From a virus: a stretch of DNA of 64,000 nt. Below, piece after piece: positions 11,801 to 20,645 of the stretch. The translations under genes were made by a program, and so were the position numbers. Location: positions 23,159 through 87,158 of IMG/VR virus record IMGVR_UViG_3300007541_000016; one strand, written 5' to 3'. The notes under the pieces were generated by a model. The model saw only the letters and a program-made list of their open reading frames with translations, had not been told where the DNA came from and did not search any database. How positions within the stretch are numbered: the first letter of the stretch is position 1; every line of letters starts with the position of its first letter.

Positions 11801-14432
11801 ATTTAAAAAGTTCCTAGTTTCAAACGCAAAAGAAGGAGACAGTGCAACTAGTTGGTTTAGCGCTGCATTCTCTGATACAAAGGACTTCTGGGATAAAAAT
11901 ATTGGCATATACTTTACAGCTATATCAGATGGTTTAAGTGGTTTATTAAATATGTTTAAGCTTTCTATGGCTCAAATGGGCTATGGTTTAGCTGAAATAG
12001 ACAATCTTAATAAACAGGCTAATGTTTTGAATAAGTATTTAAATGACTCAATATATTATTCTCTTGGAAATCAAGGAACACTCTTAAGAGCTGTCGATAA
12101 TCCATTTACGAGAGAGTATGGAGAGCCAGTAGTAGAAGTAAGGGAGCCATTTCAAAGGATTCATTATCTCAGTTCTTTTACTCATATTCTAAATAACAAA
12201 ATTCAAGAGAACATAAACGACGTTGCTACAGTTGTTACAGCAGTTTCTGATGGAAAATATCCAGTAACAGTAGCTTTGGATAAAGCTGCGTCGCCCGAAA
12301 GGCAGACAGAAAAAACTGTAGAAACGGGATTGTATTTCGATAACATTAGAGGATCTGGATTTTTTGGAATATTGCACCCAGCTTTTCATCCGTTTGAAAC
12401 TATTAGAGGAATATCAAAAATGGCACAAGGCGCGCCAGACGAACTTACTGCCAGGAGAGTTGCCTTGTCGCATTTGAAAGAATCAGTAAAAGACATATAC
12501 ACTGGAGAACTTACGCTGATTGGCTCTCCAGATATAAGGCCTCATGATCTAGTTTATATAGCTGACGTTTATGAAAGAATGTATGGAGTTTTTGAAGTTG
12601 AACAAGTAGTTCATCACTTTACTCCAGATCTTGGTTTCATAACATCAATAACGCCAAACGCACTTGTAACAGTAAACGATCCAGCTCGTTGGTTCATGAC
12701 TTCTTGGCTTAGTTCCTGGATGAGTTTACAAACAATTAGAAACGACACAAGGTATCTGCTGTCTTCTGCAAATAATGCAAGAACTGGAATTATTACCGGA
12801 GGACAAGTTTCGGTCGACGCCCTCAACGAAGCGCTTAGCGTACAGATGCTTGGTGGGATACAGTATACCCATGGGCACTCTGCTTTAATGAAAGATGTTA
12901 TGGCAAACTTTACGGCAAATGCAATGCCAGACGCAAGAAAAGCATTAGCTTCTCAAGCTAGGGACGGCAAGCTTCCTACTGATGATGGAAAGACTTTAGC
13001 AGCTTCTTTGGTTACAACTGGTTTAGCAACTGTTATAGGGGCCGGCGCAGCCGTAACTGCCACTATACTTACAGGTGGCGCAGCAGCACCGATCATAGCA
13101 TCAGGAGTAATTGGCGGTGCAGTGCTGGGAGATATGGCTTGGAGTGGTTGGAAGTTTATTAGAGATAATGTCCTTGATCAGCACGGCTGTTATGTTCAAT
13201 ATTTGTCTAAGAGCGGTCAGCCAATGGATGCTGGTCTTTCGTATAATCAAGGAATGGTTGTTGGTAAATATCACTCAAAGGCACTCCTACCTGGATTGCT
13301 TGGAGTAAACACTAGAAAGCTAGTCAGAACTCCAGAAGGTTATGCATACATTAGGACTGATGACCTTCTTAAAAATCTTGGTTGGAAAGAAAAAGAAATT
13401 TCAGACTTAGTAAGACACATTAGTTTTGAAAACGCATTAGTTAATGCTCAAATAATAAAATATGCTGGTATTGGTCCAGAAAAAGCTGGATTAAACCAAT
13501 TCTTTAAAGTCATAGTTAAAGTAAGTAAATTCGTTGACGGTGATACACTAGACGTTGTTGACGTATTAAGGCCTGGTAGCAGTCCCTTTACAGTAAGATT
13601 TGAAGGAATCAACACGCCTGAATTAAATAAGGTAACTGGAGAAATTGTTACAGACAATTATGATTATACAACTGGTAGCATAGTTGATCCAAACTCTCCA
13701 GGAGGTAGAGCTCTATCATATGTTATTGAGTCACTAAAAGATAAAATATTTGTTTTAAGAATTGCACCAAATGGTACATTTACAGCAGATGTTTCTTTGA
13801 ATTCTGAAATTTTTGACGCTGGAGCAGCACAAAATACTCCTAATAATTATCTTAAAGATACCACTGTTCAAGAAAATGGCTTTGGAGGAAAAACAGATTC
13901 AACATATAACAGAACTCTTGGAACAATATTCCACAGAATTCCAGTTGATGAAGTTACTAAAATAGTTGCTACAATGAAACAAACTTTCGTTGATAAGAGC
14001 TTGAATATTAATGTCATAAAGCAAACGGTAAAAGATTCAATTTACTCAGATAAGTTCCTCAACGCTGGAGTTCAGGTATTAAATCAAAAGTTTGAGATTG
14101 TTTATTCTCAGATTGAATCTTTAAATTCTAGCAGAAATCATTTTGTTACCACTGGAGAAGATGACCCTCTGTATGGAATGAGCGAAAATCTTGTAAAGGT
14201 ATTTAATAATTTAATAGAAATAAAAATAATTGAATCATTATATTCTAAATCTTCTGAATGGCCATTAATACTTTGGGACGAGTACTATTCAGATGGTACT
14301 CCAGCCAGCCTAAACTGGGAATTGGTAACAGCTAACCTTGCAAGTGTATATACAAAATCTCTACTATACAATAGAGATTCAGTAAATCTTGATTCCGAAA
14401 ATATCGGAGAACTTGGAACAATTGGTAATTAA
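2826..14432 (+). CDS. giant (3868 aa) baseplate-hub-like virion protein with C-terminal staphylococcal-nuclease (SNase) domain
   Basis: Hub/late-control-D-like motif GELTLIGSPDIRPHDLVYI...GVFEVEQVVHHF...GFITSIT. SNase motifs VSKFVDGDTLDV...VRFEGINTPE...YNRTLG. Gly/Ala hydrophobic segments. Located between the tape-measure-like gene and the baseplate genes. Confidence 0.6.
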   Translation: MANNERVTETEATSYLQNFFASLQFKTKIDVDGEEKIIDGYEITLGKTLYDYLSLNHTIPSNIVGLKMADFYSRPLLDARKSLISTDATRDIFFTNTNPTTEEGRNIANTGLYYNSKTKRFTYYQSSGDKQHRLNTENIIDPIDFFEIISPHDLDFTKSQDIEKFNYLHSRVTQNGLMRILFFKPQIQKFAQKRYVNKDALQKSALNALDPSGSDLEWINMLLEAYNILIKDPILTYQIYQFMPNLAKFLFDAIAATADYSNDGMGGDTSDPLNDPVQIALRMFRSFGLDKDGEPVFQPAWTLINTGIRIQKALEQFPFRANIPPRTPDIFHLRIGASNFYVPPVSINVDTNFRTGSLTGGAIRQKNTPKFNTGYKDTTISLRLYFPNYEEIWGISIVDGTKIDLTQGDQFKVDFSTDSEDRIDKFLSSLRGLVAMFKSSPIIPIKNDYLNRVHGITGVSLANMSMSTIPSFPFCLVVDLEMKAFNHKPFLPMIKDFNQAVHWGKYRHYMGRAASVLDKYINNKFLVNSVVDMEPEGYKDVTLPNTSNQESSNPVASTTDNVESEKTTADTSIDESTFSTVSVDPYNDWKNGNNIEIYMPERVQSKIFSPDTSTFRSAQEKILTDTSRGMWNSLLYVMGIDVNESAGYGRTLDSVVNTTLDKVFNPSLKRKVTTALDLLLAGRGSEGINEKVYDYLANVYILNNPTIFNIPGGIEYILRRSTEAPSNDYNDFKLPSMPRDTTTGENKQGVTLVEVRAYLENQSNGESGLLNLLIEEIVQEKLNDKSLKLSEEEARIQAKEDLVDSFNKTLYERFFIAGPIKDYIDAAQAKEGSISFNEWEVPMIKVDLNPKNVIVDGISLTMGNNLVPLQVQMQDEPTYQHIGGKDTYVSMSLTIFGEEELIKIRNIFEHISGLARLEHAAGVIGFLGIKNIISALAGVKYVLPLRYNVDTIPNFPHVYKVQLTLVDFDIFQQKREKLSSIQQQKFIEEFATKKNPFLRLKQLWGMFNGYPDLPLEVYDKDGNVVGCLDPDYYFRSFEMLDRDVVNNQSIQEAARLTASFSSEKNDTRSEAERLKQDENYVNEIVKYLQSDQIEELTVWAESNQLSPSQLYSLIQKTIKKYSSLSESLLLDYVSSLTFEDKIYIFTDTNFSVPMGQFQVGEITSGTREKLEKTLQEVLNQTKEDDKYISINPDNLTEGIDNLDNEELLEYFHGMVYAIPALEEGYSDKVPAMMQTAAGYNFGYLDRQDGRFYLQNNDFNVKKSKDDKNNQKNNVHFTKVADTQTPDNQATNAHMAEVGTKALAEYQYAYSSGGREAESIGPNKGDQFSVTKHWEKMLSDTSYRDISGRMIRAYPTYMLWLIDEGGMFFGTKVFDNFYGLQSIIDFSIVQSEDILGDTLIFRVSNMYSKLNRPETSRIFEPGATSDPSTFNMTEGIGRIIDTLLNRSRNFKAHFDNKYVVDIENIRLKPGVRVHLRGGYGSNPNSLQTLFNGMITNVEMGEIVTVTCQSDAIELSPIINSANKKGDSGKIDGGINTGMFLSEPRDLMVKLLSMGTSRFREAFAHATRGTVFSENKFGIRHFGSILYEPLNEVEAQKNKAVRDSFKNAIDAVSDDSFGVSSLIKGAWNNTLGSYNGVDLAITGAAAAAGAATGGLGAGMLAGAAGGFLRNPMVGHMRTLMANLSTQRDYEIFKRNIYPGNGLGVSQFLGGDLDSGWSTAATASLDEYDKLGEERKSYLRRLGDASWDFAIQRNNPLVSAIAQTNNNNIYNSSNAVGSAQALSVAAAAAGVGLIAVGMPVVGSAMLGSGLLGAVNGRSTAAIFETMGLLSSLDDDLPGFDEVSFRAQTYMRSVWDMFQMCARLLPNYIVAIRPFEDRSTVFFGKPHWLYTSGVVPVSTGFLSEESAIRAGKKYNGPKVLDKDSELVELLDIINKGSSPMADATAFTQNFEPLNAAKQQQEFMYSGQYEYAPLEYIKNPKTGNYENKLINFQDPRRMFYYDESQKRIAARLPLNKGTVSVGFHLPFGKPGLTEIDITEMSSGHRQIPQLPFRYQFPYFTDRKTGSFDGIHSKYIFNSNMESLISWDVDEFVHIKEGKEVDYSGEKTKTNWTGGQNYFNLLAAEFKVLSQNSSGLITPSSDEFSNGKEQTSFTQNLSAFHFTSSLLTQNSELASYGNILLNTAFMDANSTDANFKFVVMPFPSWDNMKGATQTEFESVDAADPSEFYGGKITPTNDDSNNKTFEIASNFEFKQSLRNNLVSREKKIYSEWGMPETAEDEQFYVAMKWPYKPEWFDDINLKMGYANQYGNTETGLLPPGANKDDVNTWGLYGSAQDYKNRKVLIYSPTTNTAVCCRPAYFLWGNQKDQIFNDKNINSVDVNALDINNGNPYIDAVVSPDAAYHLGILNTYGVVDYESSDYANYGFEMGQLTNNQIRNTVLKAMAKLVYGDADYDFYSDDKTSELNKFLGTSVVPYARSCYFTFVEDDFPLGVIPATHIKSKLYNYEQTNDNQTKWNAEENYIIGFGSPKDGELSALYNGGNDAGLFTDFQKPNSNETYRSFGYLADVLKDPSIIKSNDAIVKNIFAPKESIYFANAQEAAADAIIGGNWIGWYESVLNGELNKISKDELYKVLDGEVDTFKDNDSKNSGRVTFKDVFDQSDLTIAIEARRNYDEDYDPNVKVIAGNGRTLAEAREIWDFFRVNFHDERMVKALFYEAYALDPDDEEPLPDFIIDLIMNNEKSLEETNIFQRYTEKQIAVPKRGTVTQTGVDASENFEILLGEEFIDGTRTYRVPKSGTQEVNNENAAKLTKEAIQFSAEKFLDYEASYDPETGAIRKGEVPGLFQDLDYAIVSKYANLSGLIRFLIETPVKTDEDINEVTNPITKNLISLRAQLGIKNQMTDKERKEILSKINTPRKLYLFIVGWFRQVLWSDSYNRAWLVLVPNRRLQHYSSNPLLFGSIGNGGLKRSDGKWDFSPVYKAWQAFVDPNSSYAKKPEQFKKFLVSNAKEGDSATSWFSAAFSDTKDFWDKNIGIYFTAISDGLSGLLNMFKLSMAQMGYGLAEIDNLNKQANVLNKYLNDSIYYSLGNQGTLLRAVDNPFTREYGEPVVEVREPFQRIHYLSSFTHILNNKIQENINDVATVVTAVSDGKYPVTVALDKAASPERQTEKTVETGLYFDNIRGSGFFGILHPAFHPFETIRGISKMAQGAPDELTARRVALSHLKESVKDIYTGELTLIGSPDIRPHDLVYIADVYERMYGVFEVEQVVHHFTPDLGFITSITPNALVTVNDPARWFMTSWLSSWMSLQTIRNDTRYLLSSANNARTGIITGGQVSVDALNEALSVQMLGGIQYTHGHSALMKDVMANFTANAMPDARKALASQARDGKLPTDDGKTLAASLVTTGLATVIGAGAAVTATILTGGAAAPIIASGVIGGAVLGDMAWSGWKFIRDNVLDQHGCYVQYLSKSGQPMDAGLSYNQGMVVGKYHSKALLPGLLGVNTRKLVRTPEGYAYIRTDDLLKNLGWKEKEISDLVRHISFENALVNAQIIKYAGIGPEKAGLNQFFKVIVKVSKFVDGDTLDVVDVLRPGSSPFTVRFEGINTPELNKVTGEIVTDNYDYTTGSIVDPNSPGGRALSYVIESLKDKIFVLRIAPNGTFTADVSLNSEIFDAGAAQNTPNNYLKDTTVQENGFGGKTDSTYNRTLGTIFHRIPVDEVTKIVATMKQTFVDKSLNINVIKQTVKDSIYSDKFLNAGVQVLNQKFEIVYSQIESLNSSRNHFVTTGEDDPLYGMSENLVKVFNNLIEIKIIESLYSKSSEWPLILWDEYYSDGTPASLNWELVTANLASVYTKSLLYNRDSVNLDSENIGELGTIGN

Positions 14433-14434
14433 TT

Positions 14435-16767
14435 ATGTCTGATATCAACAGCAATTCTGACGGCCCAAACTTTTCAATGAATTTGTCGGACAACGATACT
14501 ACTCTGTCTTTTGTGCAGAAGTTTGCATCACAGGCATATCCAGAAGGAAAAGTTCTCATCAAAAATACCTCAGCTTCACTAAAGGGTTACGAAGATAGAG
14601 GATTAGTTTCTCATACTGTAGAAAGTATAATGTCACGGAAATACTCTATATAGAGATCCGGGATTAGCTTTAACAGCCTACAATAGGCAAACAAATTCAT
14701 CGCTAGATAGCCAGTTAGCATTTGTTTCCGATTACGCAGCAAGTAGCGCAGGTATTGGTGCAACAGATTCTCAAGCTTTTAGTTTTCCAAATCCAAATTA
14801 CGATGGAAAAGATCCAAAACAAAGATTCGTTACTGGACAAGCAGCATATGAAGCAGCAATTGCTTCAAGCGTATTAGGTACTGGCTACGCTCCAGGTTAT
14901 TTTCAGCAAAAAGCAGAAGCTTATAAAAGCCTAATGGCAAACGATACTACCGTGGGCAATTCGGGTGTTGACGGAGAAGCATACACTATAGATCCAGACG
15001 CAACCAGTCTTGGTCCAGCAGTTAATAATCTACCCGCTGCGTTTACTGGAGTTTTAAATCAAAATCAAACACTTGTTTACGAAAACTTGATGGCTGTGCT
15101 TATAGGTAATTCAAACCTTCAAGGCGATAAACCACGAAAATTTGCCATAAACGCCTATGCAAAAGATAAAAATGATCTTATGGAATACAATGATATTGGA
15201 TATTCTGCGGAAGGCAAAACAAGAAAACTAAAAGAAGTACAATCATTTTTAGATCTTCCCGATGATAACGCATCATATTTTTATCCATCACTTTCGTTAA
15301 TGATGTGCCTATCGGAATTAACTGGTCAAAATCGGAATAGCTATACATGGAGGATATGGAACACATAGAGGCGCAAATCTTTTTTCAGATATAGCAACAA
15401 TGACAAACATGGATAAAAGTACAAAATCAATTTCCGACCACGCTTTTGGTAGAGGCTATGACATAATGGGAGTTGGCGAAACTAAAGACTCATTAAAAGT
15501 TCTTGGAGATTTAGTTGGAAAACGAGAGCAATGGAGAAATCAATTTGAAATCTTTTTATCAAAGTTATCAACACTGCCAGTATTTTTGCAACCAGATTCT
15601 ATAGTTATAGGTAAAGTATGTTACTCTCAATACGTTTCGCCTGATGATGATCCAAATAGAAATAAGATTAAAGAAAGATTAATGAACATGTTTCCAGGAT
15701 TGGGTAAGCATATTCATTTTGGTACTGATGGCCCAAACGAGAGCACTCATGATAATCATATACATATAAGCTTTGGTTGGTCAAGAGCCGGTAATCCAGA
15801 TAGTTTAATTCAAAAGTCAACCTCATCAGAAGATCTTCCACAAGAAATTATTTCTGGAACTGCCCCAACAAATATAAACAGCGAAACAAGACAAGTATAC
15901 GCTAGAATTGGCACTGTTTCTTACGAAGGAAACACGGCAGGTGTAGTAAAAGATACTGACATGGCAAATCTTCTTGTTTCTACTGGTTTATTTAACATAG
16001 AAGAAATAGCAACGATAGTGGGAATAATGGCTAGAGAGTCATCACTAAAGCCATATGTTGGAAATTCATCTGGAGCGATGGGCCTAATGCAGATTATTCT
16101 TAACAACAACGTAGGATGGGAAGACGAACCATTGCCAGTTCCATATGGGAATTCTTCAAACAAAAAAAACAATACTATTATTGGATATCTTTTAAGAAAT
16201 AAAAATTATACAAAAGCTTCTGATTCTAAATCAAACTCATGGAACATTACAACAGTCGATCCTTTATTCTGGTATCCTATAAATCAAATAGCAATAATGG
16301 CATATCAGATGCAAGTATACTATTCTCAATCAGGCTATAAAGATGCTGGAGCAAGAAGCAGCGCAGAATCAAAAAGACTATGGTCAAACTGGGGAGATGG
16401 ATCCTGGGGAAGAGCAGGAAATCAAATGCCTTACGGTGTCTTGTCGAGCGTTTCAAGAGATACTGTCAAAAAAGTATACGAACATCTTGGTGGCAATTGG
16501 GCAACGTATAAAACGTGGGGTTTGGTGGCTTTGGTAGACGAATATACAAAAAATGGTAAATCATACAAAAGACCCGTTGACGCTGCTGCCGATGCAGCTC
16601 TCTTAAAAGATGACGGAAAAACGTATTCGCCAGCGCCATATAGAAATCAGTGGGATTTTAATCTTTGGTATAGTGGTCCAAATAAAATACTACTAGGAAA
16701 CAAAGCAAGAGAATGGTATCCAAGGAACTTGGCGGACGTAGCAACCATTATAGGGAGTCAAGGTTAA
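14435..16767 (+). CDS. tail-associated lysin (M15-like Zn peptidase + lytic transglycosylase), 776 aa after two +1 shifts (14636, 15333)
   Basis: Three track ORFs (14435, 14934, 15400) join with no stops when the C of the in-frame CGG at 14636 and 15333 is skipped. Motifs SDHAFGRGYDI...HDNHIHIS and IMARESS...GAMGLMQI. Confidence 0.7.
14636..14639 (+). other. CGGA +1 recoding site 1
   Basis: TCA-C-GGA-AAT; the +1 frame is open into ORF 14934. Confidence 0.75.
15333..15336 (+). other. CGGA +1 recoding site 2
   Basis: AAT-C-GGA-ATA; the +1 frame is open into ORF 15400. Confidence 0.75.
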
Positions 16768-16771
16768 AATT

Positions 16772-17138
16772 ATGGTAAATAGATATCCAAAATTTGATAA
16801 AAAAATTAATGAAATGATCTCCACATCGGAGATGCAAAAACAAAAAACCAGGTTAGGGGTTATAGCATCTTACGATATCAAGACTAATACTGCTAGAGTC
16901 TTATTGGAAGATAGATATTCTGAGCAGATTACCGACGTTTTAACAGGCGTGTCTTGTCCAATGATTCAGCGGAATACAAACAGTAGCTCCAGAAGTCGGC
17001 ACGCGATGCTTGATAGCATTTAGAGATTCAAACGAAAGAATGCCGTATATAGTTTCCTACTATAATTCTGCAAATGATCAATCTCCTGTTCAATATAATA
17101 ATATTTCACACTCCGGAATACCAAGGTTTATGGTTTAA
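16772..17138 (+). CDS. baseplate spike/gpV-like OB-fold protein, 121 aa after a +1 shift at 16970
   Basis: RLGVIASYDIKTNTARV...CPMIQ-G-IQTVAPEVGTRCLIAF. The PxVG motif appears only after the shift. The fused ORF ends 2 nt before the next ATG. Confidence 0.65.
16970..16973 (+). other. CGGA +1 recoding site 3
   Basis: CAG-C-GGA-ATA. Confidence 0.75.
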
Positions 17139-17140
17139 TT

Positions 17141-17821
17141 ATGGCAATAGATCAAGTATATTTTAAAAAACCAATAGCAAAAAATACTGGACCATCAATC
17201 AATACGGTCCATTCTGATTTTGTTTTTAACAAAAGAAATGAATTTTCAAGAAGAGAGGTGGGCCTAAACCATCCCGATACTTTATCTTTTGTAAAACTAA
17301 ATGATTCTGGCGATATAGAGATAATGGCTAGTCCTGGTGTTGGCATAATAATAAGCTCATCCACAAGATCAATTAGCCTTTTTGCGGATACCTTTAAAAT
17401 ATATACGACAGAGGACGATGGCATAAGATGGAACCAATATGCTTTTAACTATGCGGGAACAGATTTTACGGAACCGTTTTTAGTTTCTTTAAAAGATTTC
17501 CAGAAAAGTCCAGCCTATCATAACTATGAAGAAAAAATAGGAAAAATACAAGCTTTAAAAAATATAACAGACAATAATAGTATTACTATTAATACAGACT
17601 ACGAATATGATTCGCCGTCTATTAAAAGATCAATTACTTTAAATACAATTGATAATTACGAAAATTTTCTTTCGGATGAACATTTAAAGTTATTGCAAGA
17701 ATTGGCAAAAACAAAAACAATTAAATTTATAGACTATATGAAAGAATTATTGTATAATGGTTATACATTTAATCAGGCAAAAGTCAAGGCAGAAAGAGAT
17801 ATTGGTTCCGTAAATGAGTGA
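17141..17821 (+). CDS. hypothetical baseplate-region protein
   Basis: 226-aa ORF between the spike-like and gp25-like genes. Confidence 0.55.
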   Translation: MAIDQVYFKKPIAKNTGPSINTVHSDFVFNKRNEFSRREVGLNHPDTLSFVKLNDSGDIEIMASPGVGIIISSSTRSISLFADTFKIYTTEDDGIRWNQYAFNYAGTDFTEPFLVSLKDFQKSPAYHNYEEKIGKIQALKNITDNNSITINTDYEYDSPSIKRSITLNTIDNYENFLSDEHLKLLQELAKTKTIKFIDYMKELLYNGYTFNQAKVKAERDIGSVNE

Positions 17822-18189
17822 TCTTTATTTAACTTTTGATGGAGATTTAAAGATTGACTCTAATAAAGATGTATCACTCGTTCCATCTTCGGCCCATGAC
17901 GATATACAAAACATCTACATAAGGTTGATGACCGAGCCAGGAGATTTTCAGGTGTACCCTCAGTTGGGTACGTCTCTTTCTAAGCTATACCGGAATGCCA
18001 CAAGACCCAGCTACTGCAGAATATGGTAAGCAGTTAATAAGAAACGCATTAAACAGAGAAGGAATATTTGCCGGAAAAAATATACAGATAATCGCAATTC
18101 CAACTGCTCCAGATTGTATTAGGTTTGATGTTAAATTAATTACTAACTATGGAGAACCTGTGGTTCTTTCTGTAAGTCAAAATATTTAA
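17814..18189 (+). CDS. gp25/W-like baseplate wedge protein, 124 aa after a +1 shift at 17991
   Basis: IYIRLMTEPGDFQVYPQLGTSLSKLY-G-MPQD resembles the gp25 family; precedes the baseplate J-like gene; two short track ORFs fuse. Confidence 0.75.
17991..17994 (+). other. CGGA +1 recoding site 4
   Basis: TAC-C-GGA-ATG. Confidence 0.75.
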
Positions 18190-18197
18190 GGAAAAAA

Positions 18198-19364
18198 ATG
18201 ACTTTAATATATACAAAAACAAAATCAGAAATTCTAGATCAAATAATCAATTCACTTGAAAAGAATGCTGGAATAACAGCAACTTCTCCCGGTTCAATAG
18301 CAAGAGCGTTTGCCGAAGCGGTATCTGATCAAATAGGCGATCTTTATACTATCCTTAAATATAATGTTGATCAAACAATGATCAGCACTGCATCAGGTAG
18401 AAACCTAGATCTTATAGGAGAACTTTATTCAGTTCCAAGAAAACTTGTTTCTCAACAAATATCGGAAGATAGAAACATAGCAAATGTAATCTTTAGTATA
18501 AATAAACCATACAGTAAAGATATAATAATATCCAAAGATACCCTGATATACAACGATATAAGCGCTACCTCCTCTCTACAATTTCAGTACAAGCTAGTTG
18601 GAGATGTTACAATTCCCACTGGCTCTAAGAGAGCATACGGTCAAATTACGGCAGCTTTTAGCGACAGAACCTATACAGCTTCAATAGGAAGCTTAACAAG
18701 ACATAACTTTATTCCTCCGCCAGGAATAGTTTTATCTGTTGTTAATACTAAAGAAGTTTACAATCAAATTGACTACGAAAGCGATGACGCATATAGAAAA
18801 AGGATCATTAGATCAATAAAAATCAATGCCGTAGGAACATCAGAGTCAATCAGGTTGGCTACATTGTCCATTAAGGGCGTAAGAGATGTTAGAATTAGAG
18901 AAGGTTCTTATGGCATGGGCTCTTGTGATGTGGTCGTAATTCCAGAGTCACCGTCATACTCAGCAACGCTTGATAAGTCTGTTTATCAAGAGCTTTTAAA
19001 GATTAAACCAATTGGAGTTAGAATGAATGTTAGAGTAGCTCAAAGAGTTCAGGTTTCTTTGTCTGCTAATATCCTTCTTTCGGCTGGTCAACAATCTTTG
19101 GCCAATAATGGAATAGCTAATCAAGCCGCATATTTTGCAAAGAGATATTTAAATTCTTTTACAGTAGGAGACATTTTAGATATTAATATTCTAAAAGGCC
19201 AGATAATGGCCGCATCGGATTTGATATCCGACGTAGTTATTAATTCAATCTCCGTTAATGGTGTGGAAATTCCAAAAGAAAATTTTCAATTACAAACTGA
19301 AAGATCTTACATGGTAGCAGGAATTGTGGAAATATACCCTGCTATAATAGGATACACTCAATAA
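18198..19364 (+). CDS. baseplate J-like protein
   Basis: PGSIARAFAEA, TASGRNLDLIGE, ESDDAYRKRI, SIKGVRDV and KPIGV motifs. Confidence 0.85.
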   Translation: MTLIYTKTKSEILDQIINSLEKNAGITATSPGSIARAFAEAVSDQIGDLYTILKYNVDQTMISTASGRNLDLIGELYSVPRKLVSQQISEDRNIANVIFSINKPYSKDIIISKDTLIYNDISATSSLQFQYKLVGDVTIPTGSKRAYGQITAAFSDRTYTASIGSLTRHNFIPPPGIVLSVVNTKEVYNQIDYESDDAYRKRIIRSIKINAVGTSESIRLATLSIKGVRDVRIREGSYGMGSCDVVVIPESPSYSATLDKSVYQELLKIKPIGVRMNVRVAQRVQVSLSANILLSAGQQSLANNGIANQAAYFAKRYLNSFTVGDILDINILKGQIMAASDLISDVVINSISVNGVEIPKENFQLQTERSYMVAGIVEIYPAIIGYTQ

Positions 19365-19378
19365 AAAAGTAGGTATCA

Positions 19379-20632
19379 ATGTCGTTAGATTCGTATTATG
19401 TCGTGAAGACTACGTCTATAGTTAAAGCTATTAATAAAACTAAAGCTAGATCCGTTCTTGTCGGTGAAGAGGCACATGGTGAAGTATTGGCACAAAAGGT
19501 AGAAGTTGAAAAGAGAGAACAAAAAGAGGTAGCTGAAATAATATCAAGACTAGATTCAGATTTTCCTTCTTCAGAAGAAGAGCTAGTAGAAGAAGAGGAA
19601 GCAAACAGTTACTCTTCTTTTCTTACAGTAAACGAAGATATAGTAAACTTTTTAAGATCAGAAAATAAACGTCTAGCCAAACTAGCGGAAAAGAACAAGA
19701 ATGTAAAAGAAGAAGCCGTATATTCCGTTTATCAGGCAGCTTATGATGCATTTAACCAGTTCGAGCTTCCTTCAATAAAGAGAATAAATTACTCAAAGGC
19801 AAAGGGAGTTCCAGAAACTGCGGTTGCAGTCTTTGCCGACTGGCAGCTAGGAAAAGTAACTCCCACTTATAATTCAGATATATTAGCAAAAAGAATAGAA
19901 TTATATACAGAAAAACTTATAGAAATAACAGAGATACAAAGAGCCCATCACCCAGTAGAGGACTTACACGTATGGCTTTTGGGGGATATAGTTGAGGGTG
20001 AAGAGATCTTTCCAGGGCAGAGTCACTTAATAGATTCCGGTCTTTATAGGCAGGTCGGAGTTAATGGGCCTGAAATTTTAACTAATTTTATTAACACATG
20101 CCTGGAGCACTTTGACAGAATCCATATTACTGGTGTAATAGGTAATCACGGATCTGTTGGGGGGAGAGCTCGCAAACAACATGACCCAGAAACAAATATG
20201 GATAGACTGTTGTACAAGATACTAGACTTAATTTATGCAAAGGAGAAAAGAGTTTCTTTTAATATTCCAGACGGAAGAGGAGAAAGAAACTTTTACGCAA
20301 TAGATTCGATAGGTGACTATAGCAGTCTTTTAATTCACGGCGATCAAATGCCTGCCCCAGGACAGTTTTATGGTTACTATAAAAAGGTAATGGGATGGAA
20401 AGACGAAGCTATTCCAGAAAATTTTGACGACGTCTATATGGGTCACTATCATCAAAAGTTTAAAATGACAATTGGTAGTAGTACTCTTAGAATATCTGGT
20501 TCTCCAGAAAGTCATAATACATACGCTCAAGAATACTTTAATTCAATGAGCAGACCATGCCAGGACTTACTATATGTTCATCCAAAAAATGGTATCACTT
20601 CGGAGTACACAATTTGGTTAGACGCCGTATAA
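19379..20632 (+). CDS. calcineurin-like metallophosphoesterase with N-terminal small domain and coiled coil
   Basis: ADWQLG, LGDIVEG, IGNHG, IHGD and GHYH motifs. Confidence 0.8.
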   Translation: MSLDSYYVVKTTSIVKAINKTKARSVLVGEEAHGEVLAQKVEVEKREQKEVAEIISRLDSDFPSSEEELVEEEEANSYSSFLTVNEDIVNFLRSENKRLAKLAEKNKNVKEEAVYSVYQAAYDAFNQFELPSIKRINYSKAKGVPETAVAVFADWQLGKVTPTYNSDILAKRIELYTEKLIEITEIQRAHHPVEDLHVWLLGDIVEGEEIFPGQSHLIDSGLYRQVGVNGPEILTNFINTCLEHFDRIHITGVIGNHGSVGGRARKQHDPETNMDRLLYKILDLIYAKEKRVSFNIPDGRGERNFYAIDSIGDYSSLLIHGDQMPAPGQFYGYYKKVMGWKDEAIPENFDDVYMGHYHQKFKMTIGSSTLRISGSPESHNTYAQEYFNSMSRPCQDLLYVHPKNGITSEYTIWLDAV

Positions 20633-20645
20633 GCTAGGGGCTTAG

